From the NCBI GenBank assembly GCA_965202585.1, contig OZ241830.1, forward strand, positions 32,860,001 to 32,924,000: a stretch of 64,000 nucleotides of DNA. The letters are read 5' to 3'. The translations under genes and the position numbers were made by a program. Positions 55,434 to 64,000 of this stretch are shown here, one piece after another (position 1 is the stretch's first letter; each line of letters opens with the position of its first letter). The stretch is from Thalia democratica (Eukaryota). The notes under the pieces were generated by a model. That model worked only from the letters and a program-made list of their open reading frames with translations, was not told the DNA's origin and did not search any database.

Positions 55434-58400
55434 TGGTTTCTCAGCAGATTCTGAACCTTAGTTTTTCTTAGCCTTCTTTTCAGAGCTGGAATTAGTGGTA
55501 AGTATTTGGCTTTTCATCATTTAAGTTATACTAGAATAAAAATAAACAAACATATGCTTAAAAACTTAGTAAAGATGTATTTAAACTAACTGTTTTTTAC
55601 TGTATCGTATTGAAAGTTTTGAAAAGACTTTTAAAACTCAATGTACTTGCACAACAAACTAAGTTTGTTCAGAAACACTTAACTAATCAAGCAATTGTTA
55701 GTCTACCTTAAAAAACTTTAACATTTATTTTGTTCTATGTTAGCGCTATAATGATTATAACTTAATACTGTAAATAGAGATGAAATTATGTTAAGAAATT
55801 AAGTGAAACTTTAAAATTATTAACTACAAGGTGCAAAAACTGTTTAGCGTAAGTTTAACTAAAGTCAAAATGGAGTTTTAACTAAAAAAGACATACTCTA
55901 AGGCTTAGTTTTGATTAGCATTAATCAAACTAAGACAAAAATGTTTATAGTAATGTTATAGGTAAATTAATACTTCTTGGTAAATAGTGTCTTTATTTAT
56001 ACATTAATTAACATAATTTATTCAAAAAAAAAAGTAATAAAATGCTTAAAACCTTGATTAGAAGTATTAGTTTTGAAAAACTCAAATCAAGGTGTTTTCT
56101 ACTTTTTTATATAGTCATATTTTAATTTAGCCAATAAAGTACAGTACAAAGTAGCTGCTATTTTAATATTTTTCTTCAGAAGTAAGTTAATTAATTTTAA
56201 TAAGGAAACTATCTAAGTTTTCTTGAAATAGTAGTCAGTTATTTTATTTAAATATTAATAAAAGTAAAACAATTCGTTTAAGGTTTGCTAAACTAAATTA
56301 ATTAAAAGCACAAGAGCACATAAATTAATTTAAGGTGAATTAAAAGAGGTTACAGAATTTAATACTTTTATTTCTAACCGATAAACTAGTTTTATCTTAT
56401 TATCTTATTACTACGGGTGTGTTAAAAGTAGTGTTCAAAACTAAATATAGTTAAGGATTAGCCGACAAGTTATACTATAATTAATAAAATAAGTTTTGTT
56501 TATAATTATTTTAGCTGTTTTCTTAAAGTAATGTATTTTATTAGGTCTTTTATTTCTAAAATGTATATTTGCTAGTTATCTACTGTTTTAATATTTTAGG
56601 ATATTGAAAATAAAGTACTTAGTAATAATAAGATTTATTATCAATCTTTCAACAAATTTATTGAGTTCTAAATATTTATATAGTAATAGTATTATGCATC
56701 TAATTTATGTTATATTTTTGAGACTTCGCAATTTTGTTTAGTACAAACAATAAAAGTCCGATGTAAAACTATCAAATTATTATCTTTTTATTTATAGCAC
56801 TTTTGAGCCCAAAGTTGAAGTATGTTATCAAATTGTTTTTGTGTTTTACTAATGTTTTAAATGTTGAACTTTTAAACTGACAAGAAGTAAGTTCTAGCTG
56901 AGATATAGCACAACAATTTTGTAAAATCTGAAAACATTTCTTACTTAAGCATCTTTCCCAACATGTGTTCGAATTTTTCATAAAAAAATGAGCTAACCAA
57001 CAAAAAAAAGTTATATACTTTCAATTAGAAATTATTAACAAGTGGGTGATATATCTTTTGGAGCCGAAAGTGGCATTTTAGTTAATAACTATTTAATTAT
57101 AATCTATTTCTAGACTATACACTACAACTTTACTTTAACAATTTTAAGTGCTTTTTTGAATATTTTGTTTACACTTATTTAGTTGTAAGTTATTTAGTTG
57201 CTATTTTTTAAAGTTTTTTTTTTTTGAAAGTTTGGTCATGTTAAATGTAGACGTCAAACAACGTTAAAGTCCATGTTTTATTTTTGTATCTCATAATTTC
57301 TTAAGTTTAGATTTATGAGATTACTATATCAAGTTAATTTACTTACTTAATCAAAACATAATTGAAGTGATAATTTAACTTTCTTTAAACTTTGCATCCA
57401 AATTTCTCTTTAGCTTTTATAATACTTTCATTTTATCAACTTTAAACTTACTAATTACAAAGTTTCAAATAGTTTACTTCAGGTATAGATGAAGCGAATT
57501 AGTTTTAAAATAAGTCAGGCTAAGTACTTAGCAGTTATAAGAGATTAAACTACCAATATAAGTGGCTAAACTCAGCTAGTTATTGTTTTTTAAGTACATT
57601 AAGTTATCAGGTCTGGTTGTTGTACATTTTTGGGGTAATTTTTGTTCAAAATCTGTAAATGCAAAAGGTATTTCTAGATTCATTTTAGAGCAGCTTAAGA
57701 CTGTGCTCAAATTTTTGATGGAGCAAACTTTATGGAAGGAAAGGAAAGATGAGTTCAGGCTAGAATAAAGAATGTCTAAAGAAGGGCCCACTACACAAAT
57801 TTTCATTGGCATCATATGTAATTAGTCATTAAGAAATCATATAAGTAAAATAAGTATAGCATTAAGTTTTTTGAAAATTTTAGGAAAATTATTAATTTTT
57901 TTGATAAACTAGTTGAAAGTACAATAGTTAAAAAGACAAGAGGAATGATCTTATACTAGGTGGAGCTTTTTTAGTAGAACTTTAAACAGGTTAGTTTACT
58001 ACTTCAGTGAGAACAAAACTTGTTCTCAGAAGGTATCTACCCAAAGCAAAGTAAGAAAAACTGTTTTAAAGGCCCTGAAGTTTAAGACTCTTTTTGTTAG
58101 GGATACCATTTTTTTTAATTTTATTTAACCTATTTTTCTTAGGTAAAATTGATTTTTCTGAGGTTAAAAAGTTTTAGGTTTGCAAAAAACCGTAAACAAC
58201 AGCTTCAGGGAGTCTATATAATATATTGAAGGCATTTAAGTTCGTGATTTTATTTTTGACATCAGGAAACAGCAAGTGAGGTTATTAGTAAAACTTTAGT
58301 AAAGTTAGAGAAAAGCATTGAAAATTTTGAGATAGGTCATTCGGTAGCACGTCAGATGTTTAGAAAATATTTTTATAAAAGTTGTTCTAAATTGCAGTTA

Positions 58401-59583
58401 GAAAAGATTGTTAGTAATATTCCTTAAATTTATTCTTCAATTAATATTTGTAAACTTAGGCCACAGTTTAAAATATGTTACTAAAGGGATAGTTTGTGTG
58501 AAGAATCATTAAAAAAATTATTGAATAAAATTCAGGAATAAGGTTTAGATCAGGGTTTCCCAAAATGGGCCAAGTTGTTGTTTTTATTCCTAATTTCAAA
58601 GGTTTTTCATTATCACTGTATTTTTCTCTGTATTAATAAGTTTCAAGGTGGTTATGGTTTACAAAATTTTAAATAAAATTAAGTTAGCATTTTTTTGTAA
58701 TTTTCAGTTAACTTAACCTCTTGAAAACTAGTTTTTGACTCTATTTTGTTTAATTACTGTAAACGTGGTATACTACGTGGTTTCTAAAAAAAATAGTTTT
58801 AAAGGTGAAAACGTTGAGAATATCACTTTAAATTAGAAATACTTATTCAGTACCTGTGATACTCAAAGTTATTAATAAATTCCGCCAATCCTGTATTTTG
58901 TGGAAACTCTTCAGTATTTGCAGGATCACGAGCATGGCCCTGCCACAGTTTTTCAGCTTCCTGCTTGTTGTACAGAAATATATCCTAGACAGTTTTTGTT
59001 GCTCTTTTATGCTGTTCACTTTAGTTTGTAATGAAAGAATTTTAGATGTGGCAAGATATCAAATCACACTTAATAACTGTTTAAGTTTTATGGAAAGTTT
59101 TTAGCTAAAGTCCTCGTTTATCCGAGCGTTTAAGAGAAATCTCGCAAGGTCAAGTGTTATACTGATGCAAGTTGAAATAAAAATAAAATAAAAATAAGAT
59201 AAGAAATTCCCGATATAATGTTGAATAAAGTTAAAAACATTGCTGTATAAACCAGCCACAGAAAGGGGTGGAAGAATTCTAGCCACAGCCTGCTGCAGTA
59301 AACATGTTAATCAAAAAAAAAAAAATTGTATTATTCGATTGTTTTGTGTAGAGTTTTTATTTGACAATGTTTTTTTTTCTCATAAACGTTTTTATAATTT
59401 TATTTTCAAGCAATTAATTCTCATTTTAATGTAAACATTCTCAAAGTATAATATTGAAATAAAAACTTAATTAATTTTTATCTTATTCCATTTTTATTTT
59501 TATTTATTTCACATGTATTTAAAAATGTAAAAGCTACTGTTACATTTAATTTATGTGTAAAAGTTTTGACCATATATAAAATA

Positions 59584-60023
59584 CAGGGTTGCTAATTTAC
59601 CTAGAAACCTTGAAAAACCTTGAAAAAACCTGGAATTCGACAATTTAGGCAAAAATAACCTGGAAAAACCTGGAATTTGAGAAATTTTGAAAAAACATGG
59701 AAAAACCTGGAAATTTGATTAAAAAACCTGGAAAAACCTTGAATTTTTAATAATTTTAACATTATCAGTAGTAAAATTTCGATTTGACACGAAAAATCTA
59801 TCATATAAATAAGATTTTTTTGTCATCATAAAAAAATTTTTTATTAAAAAACACAATTAAAGTAACTTCACAGTGTCTTTTCAATGTTTTTATACTATTT
59901 AATACAGTTTCTTATATAGAAATTAACCTAAAACTAAAAATAAACCCAGAAATGTGTACTTTTAAAAACTTGGAAGAAATTTAGAAAACCTAGAAAAAGA
60001 ATTGAAAAACAAGTGGCAACCCT
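59584..60023. mobile_element. Non-autonomous hAT-like MITE (about 440 bp) with internal AAAAACCTGGAA repeats
   Basis: TIR CAGGGTTGC ... GCAACCCT. Many tandem aaaaacctggaa/aaaaaccttgaa motifs at 59605-59745. The 8-bp TSD is only degenerate (ataaaata vs ttaaagta). Confidence 0.7.
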
Positions 60024-61079
60024 TTAAAGTATCTTATAAACTTTATGTTCTTTATAAATTTGTTAGTGTTATCAATTGTTCATTAATATAACATCTTCAT
60101 TCTTTGTCATGTCTAGTTTTATATAGAATTTATCTGAGTATTATTGAATATTAGCTTTTATTATAAGTAAGTTTACATTAAACTATAGTTTATAGTATTA
60201 TTGTACACTACATTAGAACCCTACACAGATAAAATGTTTTAGAAAAAGCTTAAATAGTGTGTTACAAAATAACTGCAAATAATGAGGTTTGTTTCAACTT
60301 GTTTAAAATAAAATTGCAATTTCTAGTTATTTTTACAAGCATTGTTGTTTAAAATATAAAGATTTTTTATATATTTTTTTTTTAAAGGATACATACTGTC
60401 TCTACTGTTTCAATTTCAATTTAAGGCAATTTAATGGTTTACAAAATTAATAAACTATTTCATAAATTTATTAAATAAACATTTTAATTTTTTGATAAAT
60501 GTTTGTTTCCAGGTTATGTTAAATGTTTTAAAATGGATTATTTTTATAATCAAAAAATAAAAACAAAAAAGCCAACACCTTTTTATTTTAAGAATTGTGT
60601 ATGTTTAGTATTTAATGATAACAAATGTTTCGAAAAGTTTTTTAGTAATTTCTATATTTTGCTATTTTATGAATTTACTTATAAATTTAAGATAAAAACT
60701 TATGTTTTTTTAACATATATGGCATACTTTGTGTCTAAAAAATGCAAATCGTTTTTTGTTAACTTACTTTTAATTTTAGCGTAATTTTTTGTTTATGGTT
60801 TTTTAAGTTTAACTTTTTATTTATAGGGCTTATACAAATCAGTTTCATTAAAAATCTGTTTGATTCTTTTTTACAGCTAACAATTTGGCTTAACAACTTA
60901 ACTGGGGGTCAAGAGCAACATAAATTGCCTTGCATACAGTTATTACTCATGCTTTAAAATTCCATTTATTTTAGAATTTTTAACATAACTGCACGCTTTC
61001 AAACAAAATTTAATAAAATTAGAGGTAATTTAAAATTTTCTGTTCCCGCTATGACGTCATTCTTGATGTGTTTTTTTTT

Positions 61080-63006
61080 GTCAGTGTTTTTATAGGTACT
61101 ATTTTATGAGCACTATTTTATGGGTAGAATTGCTGCAATCAATTCTGCCCATAGTTTGATGTGATGTCATTAAAATTATGGGTCGTATTGAGATGTTGCT
61201 GCAATTAAATAAAAATAGGACAGTGTCTAGGGGTTAAATAAATATTATAGATAATTTTTCTATTTAAGATTTATAAACAAAACAATAAAAAACAACTTAA
61301 ATACAAATAAACTAATATCTGAATTATATTTACATATATTAAAATTATATTTTGTAAACTAACAAAAGTAGTGGCTAGACTTATTAAAAGGTTATCGGAT
61401 TTTTATTTTTATTTTAGACTTAATAAAGAAAAATAAACAAAAACTTGAATACACTTAAACCAATTTTTTGATTAAAAGTATTTCTTTTTAATTTATATTT
61501 AGTAAACTTATAGAAGTAGTGGCATTGCTATATGTGTACTATTTTATAAGCACTATTTTATGCGTAGAATTACTTCAATCAATTATGTATATAGTTTGAT
61601 GGGATTTCATTTAAATTATGGGTAGTATTGAGATTTTGCTGCAATAAAATGAAAAATAAAACAGTGTCTAGGCCTTATATAAATATTATGGGTAGTTTTT
61701 GTAGTTAACATTTTATAAATTAAAAAATAAAAAACAATTTAAATACAAACAAACTAGTTGTTTGAATTATATGTACACTTGTTTAACTTATATTTTGTAA
61801 ACTAACAAAAGTAGTGGCTAAACTTATTAAAACATTATGACTAATTTTTTGTTTAAGATTTAATAAAGAAAAAAACAAAAACTTGTATACACTCAAACCA
61901 ATTTCTTGATCTATAAGTATTTTTTTTGTAATTTATATTTTGTAAACAACCAAAATTAATGGCTTGGCATGTTATAAATATTTTGGATAGTTTTTGTAGT
62001 TAAACAAAATTTAAAAGTTAAACTTGAACAAACATAAACTAATTGTTTGATTTATAATTGTATATATGTAGTTTATATTAAGTAATCTTATAGAAGTAGT
62101 GGCTTGGCATTATGTGTGCTATTTTATGGGCACTGTTTTATAATTTAAACAAAATTTTTAATTATTAAACTAAAAAAATAATTTTAATAAATTTACATAT
62201 AAATCAAACAACTAGTTTATTTGTATTTAAGTTGTTTTTTTGTTTTTTGTTTATAAAATTTTAACTAGAAAAACTATCCATAATATTTATATAAGGCCTA
62301 GACACTGTTTTATTTTATATTTAATTGCAGCAACGTCTCAATACTATTTATAATTTATATGAAATCACATCACATCAAATTATGGGCAAAATTGTCTGAA
62401 GCAATACTACACATAAAATAGTACATATAAGCCCAAGCTACTACTTCTATAAGTTTACTAAATCTAAACTTTAAAAAGCTTATAAATCAAAAAATTGGTT
62501 TAAGTGTATACAAGTTTTTGTTTATTTTTCTTTATGAAATAAGATAATTTTTGTAGCTAAGATTTTATGAACAAAAAAATAAAAAAACAACTTAAATATG
62601 AATAAACTAATAGTTTGATTTATATCTACATTTTTTTAAATTATATTTTGATAAAATTTAATAATTAAAATTTTGTTAAAATTATAAAATAGTGCCCATA
62701 AATTAGTACACTTGAGGCCAAGCCACCACTTTTATAAGATTACTTAATATAAACTACATATATACAATTATAAATCAAACAGTTGGTTTATGTGTGTTTA
62801 AGTTGTTTTTTATTTTTTAGTTTATAAAGTCTTAACTACAAAAACTATCCATTTAATTTATATAATACTTAGACACTGTTTTATTTTTCTTTTAGCTGCA
62901 GCAACATCTCAATACTACCCATAATCTTAATGACATCACATCAAATTATAGGCAGATTTCATTGCAGCAACTCTACCCATAAAATAGTGCCCATAAAAAG
63001 TCCAAC
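61080..63006. mobile_element. Foldback-like element (about 1.9 kb) made of long modular inverted arms
   Basis: A roughly 430-bp module occurs forward at about 61090 and 61535 and in reverse at about 62200-62470 and 62700-63000. 61090-61230 matches the reverse complement of 62870-63000. The element is flanked by the direct repeat TGTGTTTTTTTT (61067-61078; 63007-63018), a candidate TSD. Confidence 0.75.
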
Positions 63007-63439
63007 TGTGTTTTTTTTCACATTCGTAACTTTTTATAGCTAGCCACGTCCCTGGTATCAAGTTTAGAAACAAATCAAATTGTAGTTAGAGTCCTCAAAA
63101 TTTTAATAACAGTGAAAAAGTATATTACCTTTTCAATAGTAAACTTTTATATATTCCAGATTTTAATCTAAGTAAGTTTAGTTGAATTCAATTTCTTATA
63201 ATTCAATTTTTTATAACCATGTTTTTTGATAAAAACTTGAATTATAACAATATTTAAATCATCAATTCAAGACAACTCAATACAGTTTCATTGGCAAAAA
63301 GATTGGCAAGCCTGTAAAATAATAAGACTACTCATATAATTTTAATATAAATAGTTTCTAACAGCTACATAGTTTATTTCTCCTTAATTAAAAATTTCAA
63401 CTGCAAGGAAATTTATCAACATAAGTGAGAAAGACCCTT

Positions 63440-64000
63440 TTTTATGAAATTTGCAGTCTTTGCAATAAACTCACTAAAGGAGGTAATGCTAATACGTACA
63501 GCACTTCTTCTTTAATAAAGCATTTGCATTCAAAAAATCAAAGAGAAATTTTAGAGGCTTGAAAATCATCATCATCATCATCCATAAAGCAGTTAGTGAC
63601 AATTCGGCTCTAACTCCAAAACATAAAATGTAGTCTCAATGAATCAAGCTAATATTGAGAGTTATCGCCCTGTTTATCAACGGAAAATAAACGATAAAAA
63701 ACAATTAAAATGCATTAAAAAAATTATGAAAATGAATGCTATGTACAACCAACCATTTTCAATAACTAGTGATCAAGGTTCCATGTACCTGTTGGCTGCT
63801 TTAGTGGCAGATTACTTAATTCCAAGCACGAAGTACTTCAGTGATACAATGCTTCCTCAAAATTATGAAGGTTTGAAGATAAAAATACAAACTGAGTTTT
63901 CTAAAGCTTTATTTTTGTCATTTACAAGTGCCATATGGATAAATTTAAAAAAACAAAGACATCATATTTTTCTTTAACAGCACATTGGTTAAATGAAAGC
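63440..64000 (+). pseudogene. Decayed hAT (Ac/ZBED-type) transposase, continuing past the window end
   Basis: BED-finger remnant EICSLCNKLTKGGNANTYSTSSLIKHLHSK, followed after stops by QPFSITSDQG...YLIPSTKYFSDTMLPQNY...KIQTEFSKALFLSFTSAIW, a typical hAT N-terminal block. The first catalytic Asp of the TTDxW motif reads Ala. Confidence 0.85.

Larger units (their letters stand above)
48830..56130. repeat. Tandem segmental duplication: unit A about 48830-52560, unit B about 52830-56130 (offset about 4.0 kb, then about 3.6 kb after an internal deletion)
   Basis: Collinear homology: BMP exon 6 (48876 vs 52873), exon 7 (49211 vs 53197), stop/3'UTR (49961 vs 53600), spacer blocks (51165 vs 54760), zinc-finger ORF (51927 vs 55517), ttttgctctatgttagc (about 52125 vs 55730), atcaaggt (about 52494 vs 56087). 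Boundaries are approximate. Confidence 0.88.

Noticed and set aside
58551-58565. CAGGGTTTCCCAAA as a hAT terminus
   Set aside because: No matching opposite TIR or TSD found.
57500-59300. Possible decayed LINE reverse transcriptase (fragments such as GIYP, DFIFDIRKQQV)
   Set aside because: The fragments are short, inconsistent in strand and spacing, and lack PQG/YADD motifs; a TBLASTX or Dfam search is required.

Overview
AT-rich, intron-rich animal genomic DNA, most likely a tunicate. This is an inference from myosin exon sizes matching vertebrate sarcomeric MYH genes, very AT-rich introns, and splice acceptors just upstream of start codons. In order, the window holds: (1) the last two exons of a VWA-domain gene (+); (2) a complete 42-exon sarcomeric myosin heavy chain gene (-, 4303-23918, about 1951 aa) with a hAT-type non-autonomous element in one intron; (3) a 16-kb head-to-head intergenic region with GC-richer regulatory islands, including a dense RFX X-box cluster; (4) an 8-exon BMP5-8-type TGF-beta ligand gene (+, 40267-49963, 549 aa); (5) a 3.6-4.0 kb tandem duplication carrying decayed BMP 3' exons and two fast-diverging, intronless Rbx1/APC11-like zinc-finger micro-ORFs (-); (6) a transposon-rich tail with a hAT-like MITE, a 1.9-kb foldback element and a decayed BED-finger hAT transposase. 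The most notable observations are the RING-like microprotein pair, an exon-length-dependent GC3 landscape (with the decayed BMP exons as a natural control) and the RFX motif cluster. All coordinates and counts were derived by hand; no database searches were run.
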